A DNA stretch of 64,000 nt from Spirochaetia bacterium (lineage in GTDB: Bacteria > Spirochaetota > Spirochaetia > SZUA-6 > Bin103), in the NCBI GenBank assembly GCA_965203905.1, contig CBDBDQ010000005.1, positions 3,424,001 to 3,488,000 on the forward strand, read 5' to 3'. Below the pieces are notes generated by a model. It did no database searches and had not been told where the DNA came from. It saw nothing but the letters and a program-made list of their open reading frames with translations. Both the position numbers and the translations under genes were made by a program. Shown here piece by piece: positions 50,268-60,489 of the stretch (position 1 is its first letter; each line of letters starts with the position of its first letter).

Positions 50268-50555
50268 CGCAACCGGTGCCCCGCCCCGGGCAGCCTAAGG
50301 AGCCTAAGTCTCGTAAATCTCTCAAACGTAAACAGTAACACCAACCACACGGCTCTGTCGCCGGGCTCCGCCGCGGGCGCCGGCCGGCGCAGCCCGCTAC
50401 CCGCCATCTCCAATCACCCGGCGTTGCCGGACATGGGAACCAGCTACCGGCGAGCCGCCGCCACGCCTGAGGTCGGCGTGCGCCCGCGACCGTCCGGATC
50501 GCGAACGAGGGGGCCCGTTGAGAGGTAACCCACGCCGCGGGCCGCGGTCGGCGCC

Positions 50556-51667
50556 GGGCGGCGCGCTTCCTCCTCAACGGCTGGGACGTGGCGGTGTTCG
50601 ATCCCGCGACCGATGCGGAACGGCGGCTGCGGGTGGTAGTGGACGATGCCGCCGCGGCCTGCCCGCGCTGTACGACCGCGCCTTGCCGGCGGAAGGTGCC
50701 CTAATGTGGTGCCCTAATGTGGTGCCCGACCGTGGCAGCCGCGGTCACCGACGCCGACTGGATCCAGGAGAGCGTGCCCGAGCGGCTGCCCGCCAAGCAC
50801 CGGGTGCTGGAAGAGATACAGCGCCATGCGCCTCGGCAGGCGCTGGTGGCGTCCTCTACCTCGGGCTTCACACCTACCGAGCTGCAGCGCGGCGCCCGCT
50901 TTCCGGAACAGATCCTGGTGTGTCACCCGTTCCACCCGGTGTACCTCCTGCCGCTGGTGGAGGTGGTGGCCTCGGCGGCGACGGCGGCGCCGCCTCTTGA
51001 CCGTGCCATCGAACTGCTGCGGGGGATCGGCATGCATCCGTTGCATATCCGCAAGGAGATCGCCGCCCACGTCGCCGACCGGCTGCTGGAGGCGGTGTGG
51101 CGCGAGTCGCTGTGGCTGGTTCGGGACGAGATCGCCACCACCGGCGAGATCGACGACGCGATCCGATATGGCTTCGGCTTGCGCTGGGCACAGATGGGAC
51201 TGTTCGAGAGCTATCGGATCGCCGGCGGCGCGGCCGGAATGAAGCACTTCATCGCGCAGTTCGGGCCGGCCCTGCAGTGGGACTGGTCACGGCTGACCGA
51301 CGTGCCGGAGTTGACCGACGAGCTGGTGGAGCGCATCGCGCAGCAGTCCGAGCGCCAGTCAGGCCGGTACGACCTGCGCCAACTGGAACGCATGCGGGAC
51401 GACAACCTGGTTGCCATCCTGCGTGCCCTGAAGCAGAACGGCCACGGTGCCGGCAGCGCGATCGCGTACCATGAGCGCGGCTTGGGGCAGCCCGAGTCCG
51501 GCGCCGGCGCGCTCCCGGTCACCGTAGCTAGGCAGATCCCACGGAGCTGGACCGACTACAACGGGCACATGAACGAAGCCCATTACCTGGAGCTGTTCGC
51601 ACAGGCCAGCGCCCGCCACTCCGCGCTGCCCTGGCCCGAAGGCGCCGGACGCTCCGTCGGACAGTAG
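50556..51667 (+). pseudogene. Degenerate copy of carnitine 3-dehydrogenase
   Basis: Matches 61438-62480. Lacks the GxGxxG start, has a short tandem duplication near 50700 and an in-frame 294-bp deletion in the thioesterase domain. Confidence 0.88.
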
Positions 51668-51945
51668 GGCCGACGAGGAGGCCATCAATGGCACACGCCA
51701 TTTCCCGACTGCCCACAACCGCCATGCCCGTTGCTCGTTGGGGCTACTGCTGTCCTGCGCTTGGATGATGGAACCGTGCGGCCGATCCGTTACCTCCCTT
51801 GGAAGCGCGGCGTACTTCTCAACTGGCCCTGAGCTTACCGGTCCGTGCCCCACGGGCTCTCGCTCACTGTCGTCAAACGCCTCCCAGAGCTGTTCCTCCG
51901 ACCGTTGCCGGTGGCGGTTAGGCCGATTGAGTACCGCTCGGGCTT

Positions 51946-52187
51946 CATGATTTGCCGTGCTGCCGGGGACGTACCTCGTTCCGGCGCTTCGTCGCAATCG
52001 CGCGATACACCGCGCTCGGATGAGACGCCCGCTGCACGCTCCCGGAGTTCTCGGAGAGGCGTTGCCGATACTTTGCCAGATCCTCGTCCGTTACGGCATC
52101 TGGCGGCACGAGCTGTTAGTGCTTCTCCGAAACGACGTTAATCTCGTCGCCATCCTGCTCAAACGCGAACAGCGCAACTGCTGTCAT
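51946..52187 (-). pseudogene. Degenerate ORF, possibly the C-terminus of an endonuclease-like protein
   Basis: VALFAFEQDGDEINVVSEKH*QLVPPDAVTDEDLAKYRQRL with an internal stop. Family assignment is from memory only. Confidence 0.3.
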
Positions 52188-52193
52188 TTTCAA

Positions 52194-53144
52194 TCAACCT
52201 CCTGTTGCCGACCCAACCCTACGCTTGTTCTTCGCCGTGCCAAAGCGCCCAATACCACCCCGCAGCCGTGGATCGAGCAGGTCGCGCATCGCGTCGCCGA
52301 ACATGTTGACCGCGTACACCACCGCGGCGATGCACAGACCGGGCCAGAACGCCAGCCCAGGAGCCTGCAGCATGTACTTGCGTCCCTCCAGGCTGAGCAT
52401 ACCGCCCCAACTCGGCGTGGGAGGTGGGATCCCGAAGCCGAGAAAGCTCACGGTTGCCTCGCCGATGATGTTCCCGCCGAGAGAGACGGTAAAGAGAACG
52501 ATTATCGGCGCCACGATCTGCGGCGCGATGTGCTGCCAGACTATTCTCCCGGCGCGCGACCCGATGGCCCGCGCCGCCTCGACGTACGCGTTCTCCTTGA
52601 CGCTCAACACGACGCTCCTGACGGTGCGTATGTTGACGATCCCCCACGGGACACCCAGGACGATGATTACCTGAAGAATACCCGGCCCCAGGATCGACAT
52701 GATGGTCAGCACCAGGAACAGCCACGGGAAGCTCTGCACAGCGTCGACGAACCGCTGCATGATCAGATCGAACCGGCCGCCCAGGTAGCCCGAGATCAGG
52801 CCGAGAATGGTCGCAACGACAACCGAGAGCGCGCTGGCAGCAACCCCGACGATCATCGAGATCCGAGCGCCGAAGATGATGCGGCTCAGTTGATCGCGCC
52901 CGAATTGGTCGGTCCCGAGCGGGAACTCGACGGATGGTCCCTGCAAACGCCGGCTGATGTCATGGTCGAGCATTCCGTGCGGTGCGAGGTAGTCGGCGAA
53001 GATGCCTACCAACAGAAACGTCAAGAGGACGAGCAGGCTCGCGGCACCCAACTTGCGCTCCCGGAACAGCCGCCTGAAGAAATCCCGTACCGATCCCCGC
53101 GTGATCGTTGTGGCCGTGCTCGGTGGTTGTTCCGTAGTCGACAT
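52194..53144 (-). CDS. ABC permease (DppC-like)
   Basis: LGTDQFGRD, YVEAARAIG and GDAMRDLLDPR. Confidence 0.92.
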   Translation of the reverse strand: MSTTEQPPSTATTITRGSVRDFFRRLFRERKLGAASLLVLLTFLLVGIFADYLAPHGMLDHDISRRLQGPSVEFPLGTDQFGRDQLSRIIFGARISMIVGVAASALSVVVATILGLISGYLGGRFDLIMQRFVDAVQSFPWLFLVLTIMSILGPGILQVIIVLGVPWGIVNIRTVRSVVLSVKENAYVEAARAIGSRAGRIVWQHIAPQIVAPIIVLFTVSLGGNIIGEATVSFLGFGIPPPTPSWGGMLSLEGRKYMLQAPGLAFWPGLCIAAVVYAVNMFGDAMRDLLDPRLRGGIGRFGTAKNKRRVGSATGG

Positions 53145-53167
53145 GCTCGCTTCCGTGCACGCGTGCT

Positions 53168-54127
53168 TTAGCGGTACCTGATGCGGGGGTCGAGCCAAGC
53201 GTAGCTGATATCTATTATCACGTTGACCAGCAACACAAAGCCTGCCATGAACAGATTGATTCCGGAGACAATCGGGTAGTCTCGTTTCTCGAGCGCCCTC
53301 ACCAGGTAGGAACCGAGCCCCGGGAGACCGAAGATTTCCTCCACAACCACCGCCCCACCGATCAATACCGGGAGCTGCAGTCCGAGCATCGTTATCAACG
53401 GTATGAGCGTGTTCTTGAGGACGTGCCGTATGATGACCACCTTCTCCGAGAGACCCTTCGCCCAGGACGTCCGGATGTAGTCCTGCCGCAGTACCTCAAG
53501 CATCATGGTGCGGGTGAATCTCATGGTGATACCCGAAAGCCACAGACCTTGCAGGATCGCCGGCACGATGACGATGTGGAGATTGGCGACCGGGTCGGCG
53601 AAGAACCGCACGTAGAACATGGGGGGCGACCACTTCCACCAGATTGCCGGATAGATCATGACCATGGTCCCCAGCCAGAAACTGGGAACGGCGATAGCCA
53701 GTATCGCGAAGCTGCGCAGTACGTAGTCGCCCCCTGTTTCCGGCCGCATCCCGGAGTAGATCCCGACCGGGACGGCGATCATCAACGAAATCAGTATGGC
53801 CAGGGAGCCAACCTCCAGGGACACGGGGAGTCTGGTGAGTATGCCCTCGGTTACCGACGTGGAGGTCCACAGAGACACCCCCAGGTCACCCTTTGCGATG
53901 CCCACCAGCCACCGGCCAAACTGGACGTGAAGTGGCACGTCCAGCCCCAGGTTCTGCCGGATTGCCTCCCGAGGGTCGCCCGCTCCGGTGCCGTACTGGT
54001 AGATCATCGTGGCCATGTAGTCGACCACGTCGCCCGGGATGAGGCGAATGCCGAGGAAGACTATCGTGCTCACGATGAGGATGGTGGGAATGATCAGCAG
54101 CAGTCTTCTGATGATATAGGAACGCAC
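53168..54127 (-). CDS. ABC permease (DppB-like)
   Basis: SYIIRRLL, QDYIRTSWAKGL and DPRIRY. Confidence 0.92.
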   Translation of the reverse strand: MRSYIIRRLLLIIPTILIVSTIVFLGIRLIPGDVVDYMATMIYQYGTGAGDPREAIRQNLGLDVPLHVQFGRWLVGIAKGDLGVSLWTSTSVTEGILTRLPVSLEVGSLAILISLMIAVPVGIYSGMRPETGGDYVLRSFAILAIAVPSFWLGTMVMIYPAIWWKWSPPMFYVRFFADPVANLHIVIVPAILQGLWLSGITMRFTRTMMLEVLRQDYIRTSWAKGLSEKVVIIRHVLKNTLIPLITMLGLQLPVLIGGAVVVEEIFGLPGLGSYLVRALEKRDYPIVSGINLFMAGFVLLVNVIIDISYAWLDPRIRYR

Positions 54128-54205
54128 TGGGCCCTACCGCTGCTCTCCGCGTGCCGCAACGCCCCTCGCTGCGCTCACACGGGAGGAGACGCCATGGATG
54201 AAGCC

Positions 54206-54247
54206 CAGGGGCAGGTCCGCGTTTCGCCAGCGCGAACCCCACCCCTG
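54206..54247. terminator. Intergenic stem-loop after the SBP gene
   Basis: CAGGGG..CGCG..CGCG..CCCCTG imperfect inverted repeat with no clear U-tract. Confidence 0.4.
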
Positions 54248-54278
54248 TGCGCCATAAAGACCTACGCTCGCCGCCTTA

Positions 54279-56084
54279 TCAACGGCTTCCGGTAATCCGC
54301 TCCCTCAGGTCCTGGTCGACCCAGACGTGCTTGGCGACGTCGTGCCAGCCCTGAATACCGGCGCCGATCAGCTCGCCGCTGTAACCCTTTACCCACGGCT
54401 GCCACAACTGCAAGTTAGTCTCGGGAACGCCGGCGATCACAACGGCATTCTCTATGATGTAGACCGCGGTCTCCTGGAACTGCCTTATCAACTCGTCCTG
54501 GTCCAGGGTTTGCGTGATCTTGCGGTAGGCATCGGTGACGCGTTCGTCGGTACCGCGGGAGTAGTTGGACGGATTGCCAGGGTCGTAGTACTGCTGCATC
54601 ACCGAGTAGGGATCCGCCCAGTTACCCCAGCTCGTGGCGATCATCGACTGATGCTCGCCCGCCGCGATACTCGACGAAAAGACCGTGGACTCCACCACGT
54701 TGAACTCGGCGTTGATTCCCACGTCGTCCCAGTAGCCGGCGTAGAGCTCGGCCCATTCCGCATCTGTCGGCTGAGTGAGCAATTCGAAGGTGAACCCGTC
54801 GGGATAGCCGGCTTGAGCAAGAAGCTCCCGGGCCTTGTCGGGATGGAATTCGAACAGCTCCCGGGCGCTGGCCCCTGAGCCGGGTATTTGCGGACTGGTG
54901 GGCAGCTCTTCAAACGGAACGTACAACGGAGCGTGGTGCGGGAAGTTGGGCCAGCCGAAGAGCAGAGCATTGCCCTGGTAGAACTCGTCGCGTATCTGAG
55001 CGTGCGGAATGGCGAGGTGAGCAGCCTGGCGAACGAGGAGGTTCTGCCAGGGGCTGCCTTCGATGTCCAGGCGCACGTTGAACACCCTTTGATTGATGAT
55101 GGCCGGACCCGACAGGATCTCGGGATTGGTCTCCTCAAGGCTCTCCTGCCACCTGGTGGCGATTCCCAGACCCGCCGTTCGGTCGAGCCTGCCGGCGCGT
55201 AGCGCCGCTATGACCCCTGCCTCATCCTCAAACGACACGATTCTCATCCCGTCCAGGTAGGGAAGCTGGTTCTCAGGATGAATGTGATCCGTTTGCCAGT
55301 AGTTCTCGTTCTTCTTGAAGGTTACGACACTGCCGGGGGTCATTTCCGTCGGTATGAACGCTCCCGTGCCGAGCGTGTTCCGCCAATCGGCCATGTTGAG
55401 ACCCTCGGTTTCCCGCGGCACCACGGCGGCGAACTGGGCGAAGAAGAACTGAGCCTGGGTCGCGTCCGGTTCGTCCAGAGTTATCTCCACGGTCATGTCA
55501 TCGACGGCCGTCCAGTGGTAGCCGAGGGTTTTGATGAAGTACTGGCCCCAGGAGAATACGAGGTCGTGGGCATCGACGTGGCGACCGTAGGCCGACTCCA
55601 GCGCATTGTTGGGCCGCGCCACGTCACTCCGCTCCCAGAACGGGACTCCGGGGCGAACGTGAAGAATGATGCGGGTCAGACTGGGTTGTTCCCAGCTCTC
55701 GACGAGCGCCCCCGTTTTCTTGTCGGGGGTGGGCGCCAGGAACACTCCATAGTCTCCGGTGCCGGAAGCTCCGCGCGCCCAGTCGACCTGGAGGAGTCGC
55801 TCATTGGTAACCTGGAGGGCCCAGGTCGTATGGGACGGGTCACCCGTTACCCAGGAGGACTCTGCCGGAAGCGCCAACTCGATGCTCTCGGTGTACATTC
55901 CACCGTATCGAGGCTTCTCTACTTCCTTGGTCATCATGGTTCCATCCGCGCGCATAAGCTCCACGGTCACCATTTCAGCCTCGGCGGCTGCGGATTCGGT
56001 TTCTCCCGTGGCCCAGAGGCCGGTCGCAGTCAGGACAAGGACCAACGCAACCGCGAAGGTCCTGGTAATGTGTACAATATTCAT
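54279..56084 (-). CDS. ABC transporter substrate-binding protein, family 5
   Basis: Signal peptide (WATGETE), PRYGG, LVESWEQP, GTGAF, NQLPYLD and QPWVKGY. Confidence 0.92.
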   Translation of the reverse strand: MNIVHITRTFAVALVLVLTATGLWATGETESAAAEAEMVTVELMRADGTMMTKEVEKPRYGGMYTESIELALPAESSWVTGDPSHTTWALQVTNERLLQVDWARGASGTGDYGVFLAPTPDKKTGALVESWEQPSLTRIILHVRPGVPFWERSDVARPNNALESAYGRHVDAHDLVFSWGQYFIKTLGYHWTAVDDMTVEITLDEPDATQAQFFFAQFAAVVPRETEGLNMADWRNTLGTGAFIPTEMTPGSVVTFKKNENYWQTDHIHPENQLPYLDGMRIVSFEDEAGVIAALRAGRLDRTAGLGIATRWQESLEETNPEILSGPAIINQRVFNVRLDIEGSPWQNLLVRQAAHLAIPHAQIRDEFYQGNALLFGWPNFPHHAPLYVPFEELPTSPQIPGSGASARELFEFHPDKARELLAQAGYPDGFTFELLTQPTDAEWAELYAGYWDDVGINAEFNVVESTVFSSSIAAGEHQSMIATSWGNWADPYSVMQQYYDPGNPSNYSRGTDERVTDAYRKITQTLDQDELIRQFQETAVYIIENAVVIAGVPETNLQLWQPWVKGYSGELIGAGIQGWHDVAKHVWVDQDLRERITGSR

Positions 56085-56450
56085 ACGTAACTCCCGTATG
56101 TTGATTCTTGAGAGTATTGCGGAGCGAATTGCCGCTCCCTGGCTACCCTCGCGCCCGCAACGCAGGAGGCCGGACCGAGTCAAATCCGTGAAGCGCGCGG
56201 CGTGTGACTCAGCGGGTTCACGTCGCGCGCGCGTGCGGTTCCTTGAGTATCATCTCGCACGTCCTCGTGCGCCGGCTGTTGTCGTGGCGCCTCATCGGCA
56301 TCCTTCCATCCCCGAACAGTGCAGGCCCTATCGTCACAGGCTCGCCTGACCATGTCAAGCGCGCGGACTCCGGCCGTTCCGGCCGGTTGCCCAGGGCGGT
56401 GCGCAGTAACCGGCTTGGGCAGCTCGTCCCGGGGCGCGCGGCCGAGGGCG

Positions 56451-57467
56451 CTACCGGGTCGGATCGTCACTCACCTGCACGAGCAGCTTGCCGAAGTTGG
56501 TGCCCTCCAGCATGCCGAGGAAGGCGGCCGGTGCGGTCTCCAGTCCGACGACCACCTGTTCCTTGTACTTGAGCGCGCCGCTGCGTACCCAGGTCGCCAG
56601 CAGCGCCAGCGCTTCCTCGTGGCGGTCGGCGAACTCGCCCTGGTTGAAGCCGCGCATGGTGGCCCGCCGGGAATGGATCAAGCGGCTCAGGTGAGGGCCG
56701 GTCCACTCGCTGCCTGGAGCGTCGTTGTATTCGGCGATGGCGCCACACAGGGACAGGCGGGCGCCCACGGCGAGGTGGGTAGCGACCGCGTCCATGACCC
56801 TGCCGCCGACGTTGTCGAAGTAGACGTCGATGCCGTCGGGACAGGCAGCGGCGAGTGCGGCCGGCAGGTCGTCCGTCTTGTAGTTGACGCACGCGTCGAA
56901 CTGCAGCTCGTCCACCACGTAGGCGCACTTCTCGGCCGTGCCGGCAATCCCGACGACGCGGCAGCCCTTCATCTTGGCGAGTTGGCCGACCACGGCGCCC
57001 ACCGCACCCGAGGCGGCGGATACCACCACGGTTTCCCCCGCGACCGGCTTGCCGACGTCCAGCAGACCGAAGTAGGCGGTGACGCCGGGCATGCCGACGA
57101 CGCCCAGGGCGGTGGTAATCGGCACCGGGCCCGGATCCAGCACCCGGAGCTGCGAACCGGAGACCGCGCCGTAACTCTGCCAACCGTAGCCGCCCACGTA
57201 TTGGCACACGATCTGCCCCGGCGCGAACCCGGCGGCGCGTGCGACCACCACCTCCCCGACCACCCCGCCGACCATGACCTCGCCGACCGCCCGGGGCGCG
57301 CTCATGCGGCCACGCATGTAGGGATCGAGCGAGACGTAGACGGTGCGCACCAGGACTTCGCCCGCCTGCGGTTGCGGTACCGGTCCCTCGACCAGCTCCA
57401 GGTCGTCGAGGCGCGGTCTGCCCGCCACCAGCCGGCGCAGCACCACCTGTTTGTTCGTTGCCTCCAT
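56451..57467 (-). CDS. NADP-dependent oxidoreductase (PGDH/CurA-like MDR family)
   Basis: SLDPYMRGRM, GMPGVTAYFG, SAASGAVG, DVYFDNVGG and NFGK. RBS AAGGAGG. Confidence 0.92.
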   Translation of the reverse strand: MEATNKQVVLRRLVAGRPRLDDLELVEGPVPQPQAGEVLVRTVYVSLDPYMRGRMSAPRAVGEVMVGGVVGEVVVARAAGFAPGQIVCQYVGGYGWQSYGAVSGSQLRVLDPGPVPITTALGVVGMPGVTAYFGLLDVGKPVAGETVVVSAASGAVGAVVGQLAKMKGCRVVGIAGTAEKCAYVVDELQFDACVNYKTDDLPAALAAACPDGIDVYFDNVGGRVMDAVATHLAVGARLSLCGAIAEYNDAPGSEWTGPHLSRLIHSRRATMRGFNQGEFADRHEEALALLATWVRSGALKYKEQVVVGLETAPAAFLGMLEGTNFGKLLVQVSDDPTR

Positions 57468-57487
57468 GGTTTCCTCCTTCTTTAACC

Positions 57488-57920
57488 TTAACGCGCGGAG
57501 TGACCGCCATCGACGGTGTAAATGGTGTAAATGCCGCCGGTGCAGTGGGCGCTGTCGTCGCTGGCCAGGAACAGCATCATCTTCGCCACGTCCGCGGCCT
57601 GGCCGTAGTGCCCCAGCGGGATCCCCGCGACCGCCCGTTCTTTCCACTTCTCACCCTCGCCGGGCACGTACTGGTCCTCGATCGAACGCATCATCCGGGT
57701 CTCGATCGGGCCGGGGTTCACCGTGTTCACGCGGATGCCATGCTTGCCTCCCTCCAAGGCCGCACATCGCATCAGGCCGATCACCGCATGCTTGCTGGTG
57801 TGATAGGGAGCCATGCCGGCCAGACCCTTCAGTCCCGCCAGAGAGGAGGTGATGACGATGCTGCCGCCGCGTTCCTGCATCACTGCCATCACGTACTTGA
57901 GGCCCAACCACACGCCACGG
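57488..57920 (-). pseudogene. 5'-truncated short-chain dehydrogenase (SDR)
   Basis: YHTSKHA, IRVNTVNPGPIET and VDGG are present but the NAD-binding N-terminus is missing. 9-bp duplication (IYTIYT). Confidence 0.85.
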
Positions 57921-58268
57921 ACAAGCTGTTCGAACGCCGCGTCTCGTCAGTGTCACTCGACGGAATGCTGGGTACCGAGGATCTGCTGTCGGCGTTCGAC
58001 GTGAACAAATTCGGCACCGAGGCGCTGCTGTTCCAGACCGGCTACCTGACCATCACGGAAGAACAGGAACTGGGCGGCAAGGCACTGTACCGGCTTGGTT
58101 GTCCCAACCGGGAGGTGCGGCAGAGCCTGAATGAGCATCTGCTGCGCCACCTGGTCCAGGATTCAGACCGGCAGACCGCCAACAGCATCCGCCTGGCCCG
58201 GCTGCTGGAGGCGCACGACTGCGCCGGCATGAAGGAGTTGTTCCACTACCAATGGTACACCAACAACA
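57919..58268 (+). pseudogene. Internal fragment of the AAA-ATPase/nuclease gene (copy of 46201-46570)
   Basis: DKLFERRVSSVSLDGMLGTED..ALLFQTGYLTI..QWYT. Confidence 0.88.
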
Positions 58269-58271
58269 CGC

Positions 58272-58354
58272 GGAATCCGCGTCACCGGAACCATCGGCAC
58301 CTCCAGGCGCTCTGCGCTGATCGCACCGTTTCCGCCGAGGAAGCTGACGGCATC
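58272..58354 (+). pseudogene. Fragment resembling the C-terminus of a DUF3368 PIN-domain protein
   Basis: GIRVTGTIG, frameshift, LQALCADRTVSAEEADGI. Confidence 0.4.
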
Positions 58355-58552
58355 GAGCGTCTGAGACGGAACCCAATGCGTGTCTTCGGATTCCACCGCC
58401 GCAGCGGTCTGCTGAGGATGGAGCATCGGCGGCTTGGCGGCGACGCGGTGGAGGAGAGCATCGCCCAGCCGCTGCCTTCTGGGTGGCCACCATGGTGATC
58501 GCGTTCGGCCACTCAGCGACCGTTGTACAGCCGTACAGGAGTGGGGGATTGT

Positions 58553-59167
58553 GTGGGCGTGATCAGGGTCGTGTTGACGGATTTCGATGGGGTGATTCGG
58601 CAGTGGCCGGCTCCTTTCGCACAATCGATCGAGGAACGGTACGGCCTGGAGCGGGGCAGCCTGGCTCGAACGGCGTTCGATGAATCGATCGTGGGCGACG
58701 CGATCACCGGGCGGGTAACGGACTCCGAGTGGCGTGAGCGGGTCGCACGGCGGCTCGGATCGCACACCGATCCGGCCACTGCCGCCGCGGCGGTGGCGGC
58801 ATGGTCGGCCAGCCCCGGGGTCGTGGATGCTGCCGCTCTGGATGTTCTCCAGTCAGTGCGCTCGGGGGCTGCCCTCGGTCTGGTCACGAATGCCACCACC
58901 AGGCTTGCCCGCGACCTGTCCCGGCTCGCTCTGGACAGTGCATTCGACTTCGTCGTCAGCTCCGCGGCGATCGGCTGCGCCAAGCCGTCGGGATGCTTCT
59001 ACGAGCATGCCGCGCGACGCTGCCGATGTCCCCGCGCGGAGGTGGTGTTCGTGGACGATCGTCCGGAGAACGTGGCTGCCGCGATCGACTTCGGATTCCG
59101 TGGACATCACTACCGCGATCCACGGACGCTGAAACGAGTGCTGCGTGAATGCGGCATGATTCGGTAG
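58553..59167 (+). CDS. HAD-superfamily hydrolase (copy 3, intact)
   Basis: DFDGV, TNAT, AKP and FVDDRPEN. Confidence 0.88.
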   Translation: MGVIRVVLTDFDGVIRQWPAPFAQSIEERYGLERGSLARTAFDESIVGDAITGRVTDSEWRERVARRLGSHTDPATAAAAVAAWSASPGVVDAAALDVLQSVRSGAALGLVTNATTRLARDLSRLALDSAFDFVVSSAAIGCAKPSGCFYEHAARRCRCPRAEVVFVDDRPENVAAAIDFGFRGHHYRDPRTLKRVLRECGMIR

Positions 59168-59242
59168 AGTCGGGGTTGTCAGGTGGGCGCCTGGTGGACT
59201 ATTACGGACTCGACAGCAGCGCCATGCTGGTCGGAGGGTGCC

Positions 59243-60469
59243 ATGACGGAGACGTTTTCGGTGCCGGACTACGATGCCTATCCCGTGGTGCGGGCGCTCG
59301 GTGGCGCGCGCATCGTGGATGGCGACGTGGAGGTCCGCTGGGATGACGGCAGCGCCAGCGCGCTGCCGGGGGTGTGGCTGCGCGAGTTCAGCCCGGACCT
59401 CGGCACCATTCACCCGGTGACCCGGGAGCAGGTGATCATGCTCGTGGACCTGCCGGAGGATCTGCGCGCCGCCGTTGCGCAGGTACTGCCGGACGGCCGG
59501 CTCGCGGTTACCTGGCAGCCGGAGGGCCTGGTGAGCCACTACCACCCCGGCTGGCTGTGGGCGCATCGCCCGGAGTCGCCGGATGCCGCGGCACTGCCGG
59601 AGCGCCGCCTATGGCAGACCGGACGCGCGCAGCAGACGCCGATCACGCGGGTGGAAGGCGCCGCCATCCGCGCCGGCGACGAGGCGGCGCTCGGCGCCTG
59701 GCTCACGGCGATCCACTTCGACGGACTGAGCATCGTCGAGCATCTCCCGGCCGACCCGGACATGGTGCCGGAGATTCCGTACCGCATCGGCTGCCTGCGC
59801 AACTCCAACTTCGGCGAGATCTGGGAGGTGGAGAGCCGCCCGGATGCGGACAGCAACGCCTTCACCAGCGTGGCCCTGGCGGCGCACAACGACCTCTGCA
59901 CCCGTGAGTACGTGCCCGGTTTGCAGTTCCTGTTCTGCCTGCACAACTCCTGCAGCGGCGGCGACAGCATATTCGTCGACGGCTACGCCGTGGCCGAGCA
60001 GCTCCGAGCCGCCTCTCCCGCCGACTTTGCCGTCCTGACCACGGTGGCGGTCCCGTTCGCCACCCGCAACCGGGACTCCGATCACCGCTGTTGCGCTCCG
60101 GTGCTGGAGCTCGACGCCGCCGGTGAAGTCGCAAACGTGCGCTACACCTGGTGGTTGCGCAACCCGATGCGGGGCGACAGCGCCACGATCAAGGCGTTCT
60201 ACGCCGCCTTCAAGCGATTTCAGCGCCTGGCGAACGACCCCGGCAACCAGCTCCGGCTGCGGCTGCAGGCGGGAGAAATGGCCTGCTTCGACAACCGCCG
60301 CCTGCTACATGGCCGCACCGCCTTCGATCCGTCGAGCGGCCGTCGCTGGTTGCGCGGCTGCTACGGCGAGCGGGAGGAGCTGGAGTCCCGGCTGCGGATG
60401 CTGGGGCGGGCCGAGCGGAGGCGCCAGGTGGAACGGGATTCGCGGCCGGCGACGCCGGCCGTCATCTGA
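59243..60469 (+). CDS. Gamma-butyrobetaine hydroxylase-like TauD family dioxygenase
   Basis: N-terminal GBBH-like domain (VWLRE..TREQ), HND, PGLQFL, GGDSIFVDG, FDNRRLLHGR and LRGCY. Sits next to carnitine genes. Confidence 0.85.
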   Translation: MTETFSVPDYDAYPVVRALGGARIVDGDVEVRWDDGSASALPGVWLREFSPDLGTIHPVTREQVIMLVDLPEDLRAAVAQVLPDGRLAVTWQPEGLVSHYHPGWLWAHRPESPDAAALPERRLWQTGRAQQTPITRVEGAAIRAGDEAALGAWLTAIHFDGLSIVEHLPADPDMVPEIPYRIGCLRNSNFGEIWEVESRPDADSNAFTSVALAAHNDLCTREYVPGLQFLFCLHNSCSGGDSIFVDGYAVAEQLRAASPADFAVLTTVAVPFATRNRDSDHRCCAPVLELDAAGEVANVRYTWWLRNPMRGDSATIKAFYAAFKRFQRLANDPGNQLRLRLQAGEMACFDNRRLLHGRTAFDPSSGRRWLRGCYGEREELESRLRMLGRAERRRQVERDSRPATPAVI

Positions 60470-60489
60470 GCGCGGCGCGGAGTCGGCCG

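Noticed and set aside
23436-51667. Frameshifts as pure sequencing error
   Set aside because: Lesions concentrate in cargo and redundant copies, while long backbone genes (typA, prp, ABC, RecQ-UvrD) are clean. Some homopolymer cases still need read checks, so this is unlikely rather than excluded.
26204-56084. The ABC operons at 26.2-30.0 kb and 52.2-56.1 kb as part of the recent duplication series
   Set aside because: Clearly paralogous but much more diverged, and both are intact. They look like ordinary family expansion.
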